Positions 7,751 through 17,639 are shown, counted from the stretch's first letter. The stretch is 64,000 nucleotides of DNA from Candidatus Levybacteria bacterium RIFCSPHIGHO2_01_FULL_40_16 (GCA_001783805.1 MFNS01000005.1:1636-65635); one strand, 5' to 3'. Made by a program: numbers and translations. The notes: generated by a model from the letters alone, not told the origin.

Positions 7751-8941
7751 ATGACTGACGGAAATCAGGATTCAAATTCTCCGGATATGTCACCAGACGC
7801 TCAAATGGGCAGATTTAATGCTGGAACGTGGCGCGGAAAACCCAATCAGGATACGGTTCAAAATGAGGTAATTCAGTCGCCAGCGAGTCCTCTTGCTGCC
7901 GAACCAAAGCCCCCAACGGATAAAGAACAATTTGCACAACAGTTTGAAGAAAAGGTTCCGGGGGGTTCGATTTCCAGAGAACCAACGCAGGAAGAGATAC
8001 AATTAGCAGCTTATCTTGATTGGGTAAATGACGGGAAGCCGCCCGGCAATGACGGCAAAAGCTATTATTACAATGCGCAAAATCGTTTAAGGGCAGAGCG
8101 AAACCTCACTAAAATGGAAGAGAAAATAAAACCGGAAGCGACTACAGCCATAAACCCGCAAGAAATAATCGAAAAAGCAGCCGGAGAAATAAATTCAGCG
8201 GAGAATAAGCCCGCAGCAGGAACAGCTCCGGCGGACAAGACAGCCAAAGACGAAACAAAAAAGACAGCGGAAGAGTTAAGGGAAAAGGATCTAAAACTTT
8301 GGATAGATAAAGCCGGAGACCTTTTACTTAAAGCAGCTGATTCGTTGGGGGGAAATCCTCCGAGACCCGGAGAGGGGCATCAGTATAACCTCAATGATGA
8401 AGATATTGCTTATAAAGCCTTCGATAAAATTGGAGATTATATAGAAAAAGGAGCAATGAATACAGAAAAAACAATAAGAAAACTTGCTGGCCTGATTAAA
8501 GGGATAGGTAAGCGTCACGTGGTTTGGACTGAAGAAATTTTAAAGCAGACAGAAACTCTCGCAGAAACACCGGAAACAGCACCAGCTCCTGTGTCGACAG
8601 AGCCACTTAATAACATAATTCAAGCAGAAGCTGCCGCAGAAACTCAACAGCCGGTAGTAGAAAAAACCGTTACTCCCCCTGCATCCGCAGAAGAGCAAGA
8701 AAAGAGAAGAAAAGAAAACTCTCTTAATTTCGTCAAGGCACAGTTAAAGATGAAAGATGATGAGGGGGGAAAAGTTCACCTTTTTAGAGATGTAGGAGTA
8801 GAGGAATTTCTGAAGGACAATGGTGTTCTGCAAGAAGAAATTACCAAAATGACGGACGATCAAGCGTGGGCCAAGGCTAGAGAATTCGTAGGGACTATGT
8901 CAACTCAAACAAAGAAAGAAGAAGGATTACCTACGCCTTAA
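7751..8941 (+). CDS. Acidic low-complexity protein with a DUF2934-like motif
   Basis: EEIQLAAYLDWVNDGKPPGNDGKSYYYNAQNRLRAERNL matches my recollection of the DUF2934 core (I.ERAY..W...G.P.G.D...W..AE.EL). It is rich in E/K/P/A/T. A paralogue is at 12621..13883. Confidence 0.6.
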   Translation: MTDGNQDSNSPDMSPDAQMGRFNAGTWRGKPNQDTVQNEVIQSPASPLAAEPKPPTDKEQFAQQFEEKVPGGSISREPTQEEIQLAAYLDWVNDGKPPGNDGKSYYYNAQNRLRAERNLTKMEEKIKPEATTAINPQEIIEKAAGEINSAENKPAAGTAPADKTAKDETKKTAEELREKDLKLWIDKAGDLLLKAADSLGGNPPRPGEGHQYNLNDEDIAYKAFDKIGDYIEKGAMNTEKTIRKLAGLIKGIGKRHVVWTEEILKQTETLAETPETAPAPVSTEPLNNIIQAEAAAETQQPVVEKTVTPPASAEEQEKRRKENSLNFVKAQLKMKDDEGGKVHLFRDVGVEEFLKDNGVLQEEITKMTDDQAWAKAREFVGTMSTQTKKEEGLPTP

Positions 8942-11710
8942 GTGGAAGCCAATAACTGCGAAAGTTCCTCCGAGCATTAATAGTCCCAGATATTCCAGAT
9001 ACTGCGGCCAGAAGATGATGATAATTTTTTGATTGTTAAATTGTTGAATTGTTAAATTGCTATCAAGGATCCAGCCGTTAGCCCAATTATTTACCAGAAC
9101 ATGCTCTTTTAATTCGTTACCAAACAAAAAAGGGAGTGCATTACTTAGCCAGTTTATGTTTTTAACCTCATAAGCTTTCCACCCTGAATCAAAGGATTGG
9201 GAATAAACAAGAACATTTATATCTTCATTTGAAGCTTTGGAGGAGTAGGTTTCTATCTGTGAAAGTTTAGCGTAATCAAAAGGGTAGACTTCAATTGCCT
9301 TGATGTCGTTTACGCTTGGATTGTTTTTAACGGAGAAATTATTAATATTAATATCAAATCCCACACTCTGATCAATGGGAGGAAGTAAAAAGAGATTTTG
9401 CTTGAATTCTTTTGAGCCGGAAAGATGAGTAAAAAGATCACAACGTTTGGAAATATAGTTGTAGACACACAATCTCAACGGAAGTCCCTGAACATTCCTT
9501 GCATTAATTGAAATAAGATATCCCTGGTTTCTGGGGAAAGAGGTATAGGAAAAATGTTCGCAAAAAGACCCGCCCAGAGAAGAATATTCAATAAATCCGT
9601 CTGATTTTTCCAGAATAATGGTTTTCTGAAAGTTTGTTTTTTCTTGAGAATTTATTGGCGGACAATCATTGTTGGCGTTTGAGGTGATTTTCTGATCCAA
9701 AGTAACGGGGGTGGGGAATGAAGCTAAAATATCTTTGGAAATGATTCTATTTTGATTATCAAGAATATTTCTAAAAGGATAAAAAACTGTGTTTTCTTCA
9801 GAATTGAGATAAGTAATATAGTCATGATATTTTGCGTAAGCAAAATCATCATAAAAAACAGCGGAGGGACCGACCGAAATAGGGTTTTTGATAACACGCA
9901 CTTGCGGATTTTTAAATTCGGTCTCATAAACTAAAAGGTCTCCAAAATGAGCAATTTGCTTGAGCGATGCATCATTATTTAAAAGTTTTTCTGTTTCACC
10001 CTGAAAAAGAACTTCATTATTTTCTCCTTGTTCGGGAGCAATAATGCTTTGATCCCAAAGAATATAGGAAATATCATACTTTTGCAGCACGTTGTTTAGT
10101 TTTTTTTGATCCTGTGAATAGATAGCTTGGGACATTTCCCGGTAATATTGTTCATTTGCCGGGTTCCACCTGTCAAATTCCCGTTCCATTACAGGATCTT
10201 TAAGACCAAACCATAAGAATCCTGCGCCTTGATAGCCCCCGCCTGCAACGCTTGCGCTAGCATTGCGGGCAGGCCAAGAATAATAATTCCAACCCCAAAA
10301 ATTATGAATCGGCAAAGTTGCTACCCGACCGTAAGGCTGATTATTAAGCAGGTTAAAAACAGAGAAATAACCGGAAGGAATATTAACTTTCATCAGGGGA
10401 CTAATGAGATTGCCTTGGAAAGCAGGCAGCATATAATACAGAAAAGCCAAAAAGATTAAAATGAAAGAATACGTATTCAACTTTCTAATTAAAAGTTTTA
10501 TACCGAAAGCAAAATAGCAACTCAGGGCAAGCATCAAAAGGATAGAAAATTTAGTGAAGGGAAAACGTATTGCTTCTTTAAAAAGTGGAATTGTATTTTG
10601 GAGAAAGCTAAACAAGAGCCCAAAAGGAGGATTATCAGTCAGAAGGAAAAAAGTTGCCAGTCCGAAAATTGCCAGCAGACAAAAAGAAATTATATTTTTC
10701 TTAATAACAGAATAAGCCAGTCCCAGAAGAGCGATTAAAAATAATCCATATCCGATAATTAACACAATAGGTTGCTGTAGATGGCTAATCCAGACTTTCA
10801 GGAGGGGTCCGAATTCACCATTACCAACATAAGCGTTCCAGTTAAAAAGGAAATTTTTAAAAATTAAAATATCGGGAATTGTCCCGTAAAGCTTATTATT
10901 CGCAAAAGCCTCTTCGGTGAAAAGAGATTCAATTTTGGAACTGCCGATTTGCCCCCCCTGACTTAGGATGAAATATAAATTAGGCAAAAGCCAAAATGCA
11001 TTGATTAAAAATGTAATTAAAATAATTTTAAGAGAGCTTATCTTAATTTCTTTTTTTCGATGGATAAGATTATAGGCAAAAAGGAATAACAGAAGCGAAA
11101 GGAAATAAGCAAACCAGAGGGTGGAGGTGTGGGCGATTGAGGCAGAGAAAAAAGTGAAAATTGCAAATAGCAAAAGATATCTCTTTAAGCTAGATTGGAG
11201 AAATTGAACAACAAATAAGAACAGCCAGGGAAGTGTGGCGAAATGAGTTGCGAACATTTCCAAGGGTACAAAATAGTGCTGAACTGTTCCTAAATTAAAT
11301 AAATAAAAAAGAGCTCCGCCAAACGAGGAAATTTTATTTTGAAGAGAATCTTCTTTCAAGATACCCCTTTTTATAAAATAATACATTCCCAAAGGTCCTA
11401 AAATTAAAGTAAGAAAAAAATAAGAGTAGCGGAGAAAAGAGAGCGGTAAGATAAACGAAAGGGGATAATAAAGAAGCATTCTGGGAAATTCCGAAGGATG
11501 AGCTTGAGAAGAAAGAGCGCCAAGCCCCTGATGCGATTCCCAAACTCCAAATAGAATTCTCTTAAAATATTCCGGGAAATTAAATTCGGGATGAAGAGTG
11601 TCCCAGCCGGAAAGGATTGTGCCACCTTTATAATTTGCCATCGCCAGAATTAGAGATAGCAAGATTAAAATAAAGACAAAAATATTATTTTTTAATATTC
11701 TTTTCATCAC
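8927..11710 (-). CDS. Large polytopic membrane protein with a C-terminal extracytoplasmic domain (GT-C/YfhO-like glycosyltransferase candidate)
   Basis: 927 aa: about 13 predicted TM helices in the N-terminal 520 aa (first loop GWDTLHPEFNF...WESHQGLG), then a 400-aa soluble domain and a final TM. Its neighbour is a GT2, as in CsbB/YfhO-type pairs. The family call is inference. Confidence 0.55.
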   Translation of the reverse strand: MMKRILKNNIFVFILILLSLILAMANYKGGTILSGWDTLHPEFNFPEYFKRILFGVWESHQGLGALSSQAHPSEFPRMLLYYPLSFILPLSFLRYSYFFLTLILGPLGMYYFIKRGILKEDSLQNKISSFGGALFYLFNLGTVQHYFVPLEMFATHFATLPWLFLFVVQFLQSSLKRYLLLFAIFTFFSASIAHTSTLWFAYFLSLLLFLFAYNLIHRKKEIKISSLKIILITFLINAFWLLPNLYFILSQGGQIGSSKIESLFTEEAFANNKLYGTIPDILIFKNFLFNWNAYVGNGEFGPLLKVWISHLQQPIVLIIGYGLFLIALLGLAYSVIKKNIISFCLLAIFGLATFFLLTDNPPFGLLFSFLQNTIPLFKEAIRFPFTKFSILLMLALSCYFAFGIKLLIRKLNTYSFILIFLAFLYYMLPAFQGNLISPLMKVNIPSGYFSVFNLLNNQPYGRVATLPIHNFWGWNYYSWPARNASASVAGGGYQGAGFLWFGLKDPVMEREFDRWNPANEQYYREMSQAIYSQDQKKLNNVLQKYDISYILWDQSIIAPEQGENNEVLFQGETEKLLNNDASLKQIAHFGDLLVYETEFKNPQVRVIKNPISVGPSAVFYDDFAYAKYHDYITYLNSEENTVFYPFRNILDNQNRIISKDILASFPTPVTLDQKITSNANNDCPPINSQEKTNFQKTIILEKSDGFIEYSSLGGSFCEHFSYTSFPRNQGYLISINARNVQGLPLRLCVYNYISKRCDLFTHLSGSKEFKQNLFLLPPIDQSVGFDININNFSVKNNPSVNDIKAIEVYPFDYAKLSQIETYSSKASNEDINVLVYSQSFDSGWKAYEVKNINWLSNALPFLFGNELKEHVLVNNWANGWILDSNLTIQQFNNQKIIIIFWPQYLEYLGLLMLGGTFAVIGFHLRRR

Positions 11711-11796
11711 AGTAAACCCTAGAGATTATTATAGAATCTCTAGGGTTATTTGCAGACCTACAATTAAACCACTACTGTATAGAGGTGTAATTATAA

Positions 11797-12600
11797 TTAT
11801 CTCTCTCCTCGAACGTTAGTTCGAGCCCAATTATTATCAACAGCCCTATTTAAAGCGTCAGCTTCATGCGCTGCCGCGTTTGCAATCGGGACTATCGTTA
11901 CTGCGCCATCAGTTATAGTGGGATTAAACCATGCTGGATAATTATTTCCAGTAGATCTATTCATCCGAATTTGAAATAATCCAGGACCTTCTCCATTGAC
12001 AAAATAACCCTGTTCTATAGCTGCTTGGCCAGGATTAAGAGAATAAGGGACCTGCATGGTATTTCCCACGCCGGTTAATAAATTACTTATTGGCTGAACC
12101 ATATGCGCGGCTATATTTACGGATTTTTTTGTCCGAACATCTATCAGATCATAACGTCCGGTAGATTGATTAAATCTGACACTATAAAAATCTCCGTATG
12201 CTGCTGCTGATTCAGGCCTCGGTGTATATATCTCATAGCCTGGTGCTGGAAATATCTCACTTGGCCTTGGAGTAACAGGCACATAGACCGGCACCTCTTT
12301 TATTATTGTTTTTGGCGGCTTTTTTGCTGCAGCCTCTTCAACCGCTTTATCAAATTTTGCCTTTTCTGCTTCTCTCCTCGCCAATTCTTTATTTACTGCT
12401 TGTTCTAAAGTCTCTGTTGGCGTAGGTGTTCCCGTTGCTGGACTTGCAATTGGAGGAACAGTAATATTTACAGTTTTTCCCTCACAACCTGCTGCAGCGA
12501 CACCTAATGAAGCAAGAAGTGTCAATGCCGTTAAGGTACCTACTAATCTCTTAGTTACTTGTTTCATTTTGCTTCTTGGCTTTTCTATTTCATGTTTCAT
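11797..12600 (-). CDS. Secreted protein / putative lipoprotein
   Basis: Signal peptide with a lipobox-like LASLGVAAAGC and a Pro/Thr-rich linker. Noticeably more GC-rich than its neighbours. Confidence 0.55.
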   Translation of the reverse strand: MKHEIEKPRSKMKQVTKRLVGTLTALTLLASLGVAAAGCEGKTVNITVPPIASPATGTPTPTETLEQAVNKELARREAEKAKFDKAVEEAAAKKPPKTIIKEVPVYVPVTPRPSEIFPAPGYEIYTPRPESAAAYGDFYSVRFNQSTGRYDLIDVRTKKSVNIAAHMVQPISNLLTGVGNTMQVPYSLNPGQAAIEQGYFVNGEGPGLFQIRMNRSTGNNYPAWFNPTITDGAVTIVPIANAAAHEADALNRAVDNNWARTNVRGER

Positions 12601-12620
12601 ATTTTCACCCCCCTCCTTGA

Positions 12621-13883
12621 TTATTTAGGAAAAATTTTAGTTCCATTTAGGAATATTTCTTTTACTGGGATTCGGAATGGGAGAAAATAACCAAAATATT
12701 GCATTGTTGCCCAAGTTGCGAGCACAACTGCGGCTCCGGCTATAATAACCTTTTTATGACGTTTTATAAAGTTTCCGAATCTTCTAAAGACATTTTTATT
12801 CTTCTTTTCTTCAATTTCATGCAATAGTTTTTCTTTTCCTGCTTTTTCACCATTCTCTTTGGCTTTTTTAGCTTCTGACTTGGTTGCTTCTACTTCTTTT
12901 TTTGCCGCTTCTGCATCTTTTCTCGCCGCTTCTGCCCTGTCGTTTGCTTCTTTTATTACCTTATTTGCTTCATCTATTATTTTTTGCTCTCTTTCAGTTG
13001 GTGTTGGCTGAGTTGCCTCTGTTTCTTTGGTTTCGGTTTTCTTTTTTGCTTCTTCGGGTTTTGTTTCAGAGGCTGCAGCTAGTTTAGCTGGCGTTTGTTC
13101 TGCGGGAGCAATTTTTATTTCTGGCTGTTGTTTTGCATCCTCGATTGGTTTTATTTCCTTAACTGCTACCGATTTTTCTTCCTGTTTATCTTCAGCCGGA
13201 GCGGCGTTCATTAATTTTCTCAAGCGGTTTTGCGCAGCGTAATAATAGCTTTTGCCATCATTCCCTTGCGGTTTTCCGTCGCCTGACCAGTCAAGGTAAG
13301 CTGCCAATTTTATTTCTTCTTCCGTTGGCTCTTTTATGGATTGCCCTTCTTTTACTGGAGATTGTGAATCCGCAACTGGGGATTCTGCTGATTGATTCTT
13401 TCCGCGCCATATTCCGGCATTGTAACTAGCCTCCTGTTCGGCATTTGAGAGGCCTATCGAATCCTGTGCCGAAACCTCTTGAGGTTTTTCTTCCTGCGTG
13501 ACTTCTTGTTTTTTCGCATTATCTTCAGCTATTTTTTTGGCTTCATCAGTAGCTTTTTGTATCGTAATAAGTGTATCATTGAGGTTCTGAATTCGTTGAT
13601 CAGCTTCATCCAAAACTTCAGGCAAAGATATCTTAAAAAATAGATCTGTTCCCAACAATTTGCCGCTTTTATTGTATTCATCTGCTGTGTCTGTCTGCTT
13701 CTTTTTTCTAGATTGGTTTCTTTGTTTTAATATATTTTCCGCAGCAAACCAATCTCTCCAATCATTGCCGTCCTTTTTTCCATTTCTTTCAAAAATACCG
13801 TAGGCAATTTTTTGTGTTTGCTCAAATTTATTTAGTCTTTTTTTTGACTCCTGTCCATTTAGTGGTTTTCTTTCGAGTGTCAT
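12621..13883 (-). CDS. DUF2934-like x2 protein with a C-terminal TM anchor (paralogue of 7751..8941)
   Basis: N-terminal KIAYGIFERNGKKDGNDWRDWFAAENIL and internal EEEIKLAAYLDWSGDGKPQGNDGKSYYYAAQNRLRKL motifs. It shares a near-identical 40-aa block with 7751..8941. C-terminal hydrophobic helix VIIAGAAVVLATWATMQYFGYFLPF. Confidence 0.6.
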   Translation of the reverse strand: MTLERKPLNGQESKKRLNKFEQTQKIAYGIFERNGKKDGNDWRDWFAAENILKQRNQSRKKKQTDTADEYNKSGKLLGTDLFFKISLPEVLDEADQRIQNLNDTLITIQKATDEAKKIAEDNAKKQEVTQEEKPQEVSAQDSIGLSNAEQEASYNAGIWRGKNQSAESPVADSQSPVKEGQSIKEPTEEEIKLAAYLDWSGDGKPQGNDGKSYYYAAQNRLRKLMNAAPAEDKQEEKSVAVKEIKPIEDAKQQPEIKIAPAEQTPAKLAAASETKPEEAKKKTETKETEATQPTPTEREQKIIDEANKVIKEANDRAEAARKDAEAAKKEVEATKSEAKKAKENGEKAGKEKLLHEIEEKKNKNVFRRFGNFIKRHKKVIIAGAAVVLATWATMQYFGYFLPFRIPVKEIFLNGTKIFPK

Positions 13884-13884
13884 A

Positions 13885-14640
13885 TTAGTTCAAACCCTCC
13901 TTTTTGATTGCTTGTTTTCTCAAAAACCATCCGGCGAGACCGGTGGGGATCATCGCGATTAAGCCAAAAGCTTCCGGGCCGGTTTTAGGAGAGGTAGCTA
14001 CAGATACAGGAGAGTAGACCGGAAATCCGCCCTTGGTAGTTACAGTAGTTATACTCGGCGCGGCTTTTTCAATGCAGAATTGCGCGTTATCCTGGCTGAC
14101 ATTCGCGCTGTCAATCGTAGCAATTGCCTGATTTACTACACATACCACGGATCCCTGGGCAACAGGAATTTGATCCGCGTTGAGAATTCTGCCGACAATA
14201 GAATACTTACGTGTTTCATTTGGCGCGAGATTGGTAAGACTGAAAGAAAGAGTATTAGTATTGATATCAAAAGTTCCTGCTCCGGAGCCAAAACTGACGT
14301 ATTGAGGAAAAATATCTTTGACGTCAATCCTGGCAACATTATTATTGCCGGTGTTGGTTATAGATATTTGAAAAGTGGCAATGAATCCCGGTTGGTACTT
14401 GGAATCATTAATACTTAAGTTATCAATGAATTGATTTGTCTGGGGATTGAGTACGGTTTTATTGACTACGATATTATTAGTAGTAACACAGCTTTGTCCG
14501 CCGCCGTAAATTGGCTGGCACGAAGTGTCGGCAAAAGCAGTTTTTGAAAATTGAGAATTGAAAATTGAAAATTGAAAAACGGACAATATAATTAAGGCCG
14601 TTTTTAATATCCTGCCCATAAGTAGTGGTAAGATTATCAC
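13885..14640 (-). CDS. Surface protein with a DUF11-type repeat domain and a C-terminal sortase sorting signal (SPKTG)
   Basis: Signal peptide, then a DUF11-like segment (FQISITNTGNNNVARIDVKDIFPQYVSF...). The C-terminus carries SPKTGPE, a hydrophobic stretch (AFGLIAMIPTGLAGWFL) and a basic tail (RKQAIKKEG), which is LPXTG-like architecture. Confidence 0.65.
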   Translation of the reverse strand: MIILPLLMGRILKTALIILSVFQFSIFNSQFSKTAFADTSCQPIYGGGQSCVTTNNIVVNKTVLNPQTNQFIDNLSINDSKYQPGFIATFQISITNTGNNNVARIDVKDIFPQYVSFGSGAGTFDINTNTLSFSLTNLAPNETRKYSIVGRILNADQIPVAQGSVVCVVNQAIATIDSANVSQDNAQFCIEKAAPSITTVTTKGGFPVYSPVSVATSPKTGPEAFGLIAMIPTGLAGWFLRKQAIKKEGLN

Positions 14641-14770
14641 AAAGCTATAGGCTAAGTCAAGTTACTCCTTGACCCCCCCGCTACGTCGCTTACTTGCTCC
14701 CTGGGGCAACAACAATCTCGCATCGCAAGAGCGCGCGTACGGGGTCTGCGTCGCAAATTTCATTTGCTCC

Positions 14771-14799
14771 TTGACAAGGCGGGGAAGTTATGGTGTAAT
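14771..14799 (+). promoter_or_regulatory. Sigma70-like promoter upstream of rho (TTGACA-17-TGTAAT)
   Basis: TTGACA at 14771-14776, a 17-nt spacer, TGTAAT at 14794-14799. It would give a leader of about 145 nt before rho. Confidence 0.4.
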
Positions 14800-14949
14800 A
14801 CGGATGGTTCTGCATTGCAGAATAGTCCCTTCGGAGAAAAGTTCCACAAGATGTGAATAATAATTTCTAATTGACCCAATAATTAAAGTATAATTTATCA
14901 TTTAACAGGTATCGTTTAACACTTATTTTTCACTGCCAAATTTTCAAAT

Positions 14950-16293
14950 ATGCCTTATAAAAAAACTACGCCTCAAAAAGATTCAGTTAAGGTACAAGTA
15001 GATAAAATAATCGGTTCTCCTTCCATTGCTTCCGCCTCCGCCAAGGCTTCGGCGGACAAGAAAACATTGGAGGGCAAACCTTCTGCGGCAGTTCTTGCTA
15101 TAAAGCCTATTTCTGTAACACCAGCGGCTTCACCAGCTCAAGCTCAAGCCCAGCCAATCAACAATTTTGCCTATCGGCAAGAGCCCTCGATTACGGTTGA
15201 GGTTTCGGGAATTTTAGATATTCAGCCGGAAGGACACGGATTTTTAAGACCTAAATTTATTCCTTCTCAACGTGATGTTTATATTTCCCAATCTCAGATA
15301 CGCCGTTTCATGCTTCGTCCCGGAGATTTGATCAAGGGAGTCGGGCGTCCTCCCAAAGATACGGAACGTTACTTTGGATTATTAAAGGTAGAAACCGTTA
15401 ATAGCATACCGGCGGATGATTCTTTGCGGCGGCCTTATTTTGATGATCTGACTCCTGTTTATCCCAAAAAACAAATCATCCTATCAACCGGCAAGCTTCC
15501 TTTGTCAACCCGCATAATTGATCTGGTTTCTCCGATTGGATTTGGGCAAAGAGGAATGATTGTCTCGCCTCCCAAAGCCGGGAAAACGACAATTCTCAAA
15601 GAAATTGCCGCCGGAGTTGCTCAAAATTATCCCAAAGCACATTTAATGGCAGCTTTAATCGGGGAGCGCCCTGAAGAGGTAACGGACATTGCCCAATCTG
15701 TCAAAGGAGATGTAGTTGCTTCGCATTTCGATGAGCCGCCGGATAATCAAACCAGAGTTGCAGAAATAACTCTGGAGCGGGCAAAAAGACTGGTGGAAAC
15801 GGGAATAGACGTGATCATTCTCTTAGATTCAATTACCCGTTTAGCCCGCGCCTACAATCTGTCTGTCGCGCCATCCGGCCGTACCCTATCCGGAGGTTTC
15901 GACCCTGCAGCCTTATGGCCGGCCAAAAAATTCTTCGGAGCAGCCAGAAATTGCCAGGAGGGCGGATCTCTAACGATTATTGGAACCGCTTTGGTTGACA
16001 CTGGATCCCGCATGGATGATTTAATTTACGAAGAATTTAAAGGCACTGGAAATTTGGAATTGCATTTAGATAGGAGACTGGCTGACCGTAGGATCTTCCC
16101 TGCAATTGACATTACCCGTTCTGGAACAAGGCAGGAAGAGCTATTGTTATCTGAAAAAGATCTTAAAAAAGTCTCGACAATGCGCCGGATGATTGATATG
16201 CTCGGACCGGAAGAGCGGACCAGCATTTTTGTGGAAAGATTGTCCAAAACTACCACCAACGAAGAATTCCTCGAAACTCTCGGAAAAGGCTAG
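14950..16293 (+). CDS. rho: Transcription termination factor Rho
   Basis: Walker A GQRGMIVSPPKAGKTT, the Q/R loops and C-terminal RecA-like core motifs. The N-terminus is a low-complexity Ser/Ala/Pro-rich segment rather than the usual helical Rho_N subdomain. Confidence 0.95.
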   Translation: MPYKKTTPQKDSVKVQVDKIIGSPSIASASAKASADKKTLEGKPSAAVLAIKPISVTPAASPAQAQAQPINNFAYRQEPSITVEVSGILDIQPEGHGFLRPKFIPSQRDVYISQSQIRRFMLRPGDLIKGVGRPPKDTERYFGLLKVETVNSIPADDSLRRPYFDDLTPVYPKKQIILSTGKLPLSTRIIDLVSPIGFGQRGMIVSPPKAGKTTILKEIAAGVAQNYPKAHLMAALIGERPEEVTDIAQSVKGDVVASHFDEPPDNQTRVAEITLERAKRLVETGIDVIILLDSITRLARAYNLSVAPSGRTLSGGFDPAALWPAKKFFGAARNCQEGGSLTIIGTALVDTGSRMDDLIYEEFKGTGNLELHLDRRLADRRIFPAIDITRSGTRQEELLLSEKDLKKVSTMRRMIDMLGPEERTSIFVERLSKTTTNEEFLETLGKG

Positions 16294-16437
16294 TCCAATT
16301 TTCAATTTGCAATTTTCAATCAATTTTCAATGATTAAATGTTTAAAAATTAAAACATTTAGATTTCATTCAAGATTTCGAATTTAAAATTTAAAATTTGA
16401 CTCTGTCATCCATTTTTGTTACCATTTCTTCTCAACC

Positions 16438-17544
16438 ATGATTAAGCCCTCCCTTAATTCTTTTGTCGCAGGCGTTTCGGATTTCGCTAAATTTTGTCAG
16501 TTCCTCTTTTCCTATTTCAAGAAAAAAATTGTCACCATGTCAGTTATTTTTGAGGCTAATAAAAATAGTCTTGTAAAATTGTTTACGATGAAAAGAGGGC
16601 GTTATAACAGGCCGTTTATGCATGTTGCAGCAATGGGATTTTTGGGAATCGGAGTAATTATTTCTCCATTTCTGGCAGACACCTATCCGATATTTGAGAA
16701 TCAAGCAAGTAATCTCCCGATTAGCTCTTCGAATTCCAAAGAGTCAATTAGTGTAAGTTCGGATGTTTTCCAAACCGTTAACTCCGTGAAGCCCCGGGAT
16801 AGAATTCTTGATTATACTGTTGAAAGGGGAGATACTCTTTCGACGATTGCCGAGAAATTTGGCATCTCCACGGAAACTATCCGTTGGGCGAACGATTTAT
16901 CTAACGATAATATAGCAGTTGGAGACAGTCTTAAGATATTGCCGGTGACGGGAATTGCCTACAAAGTCGCCAAAGGTGATTCCGTATATTCAATTGCGAA
17001 AAAATTAGATACGGAAGCTCAAAAAATAGTTGATTTTCCCTTTAATGATTTTGCCAATCCGGAGACATTTACCTTGGTTGAAGGCCAAATGCTCATAGTT
17101 CCGGATGGAGTCAGGCCTGCAGAGCAGCCAACGTTTAGACGTCAAATCTATATAGCTTCAGGCCCGGTTACAATTTCCGGCTTAGGCTTTACTTGGCCGG
17201 TTCGTGGAGTTATCAGTCAATTTGCGTCTTGGTATCATATGGCAATTGATATTGCCACAGCTTACGGTACGCCGGTTGCTGCAGCGCAAAATGGAGTAGT
17301 GAGCAGCGTAAGTGTGGGAACATGGGATGGCGGTTATGGAACAAATGTTCGGGTTAGAAATGGTGATGTCGAAACTCTTTATTCACATCTTTCAGGCGTA
17401 AATGTCTCTGCCGGACAGACTGTAGTCGCCGGATCAACAGTTCTAGGCTGGATTGGTCTGACCGGAAGAACCACTGGTTCCCATGTCCACTTTGAAGTCC
17501 GCAAGGGAGGAACTCTGGTCAACCCGCTTCCATATCTGCAATAA
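16438..17544 (+). CDS. LysM x2 + M23 (LytM-type) peptidoglycan endopeptidase
   Basis: Two LysM motifs (GDTLSTIAEKFGIS, VAKGDSVYSIAKKL) and a C-terminal M23 motif (HLSGVNVSAGQTV...TGSHVHFEV). An N-terminal TM lies near residue 60, so the true start may be an internal Met (e.g. MKRGRYN). Confidence 0.85.
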   Translation: MIKPSLNSFVAGVSDFAKFCQFLFSYFKKKIVTMSVIFEANKNSLVKLFTMKRGRYNRPFMHVAAMGFLGIGVIISPFLADTYPIFENQASNLPISSSNSKESISVSSDVFQTVNSVKPRDRILDYTVERGDTLSTIAEKFGISTETIRWANDLSNDNIAVGDSLKILPVTGIAYKVAKGDSVYSIAKKLDTEAQKIVDFPFNDFANPETFTLVEGQMLIVPDGVRPAEQPTFRRQIYIASGPVTISGLGFTWPVRGVISQFASWYHMAIDIATAYGTPVAAAQNGVVSSVSVGTWDGGYGTNVRVRNGDVETLYSHLSGVNVSAGQTVVAGSTVLGWIGLTGRTTGSHVHFEVRKGGTLVNPLPYLQ

Positions 17545-17566
17545 TTATAGTATCATTATTGTTCAA

Positions 17567-17639
17567 GGGCCTGTAGCACAGTTGGTAATGCGCTGCATTC
17601 GCATTGCAGAGATCAGCGGTTCGAATCCGCTCAGGTCCA
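17567..17639 (+). tRNA. tRNA-Ala (anticodon CGC)
   Basis: Cloverleaf with acceptor GGGCCTG/CAGGTCC including the G3:U70 Ala identity pair. Anticodon loop TTCGCAT, T-loop GGTTCGAATCC. No encoded CCA. Confidence 0.8.
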
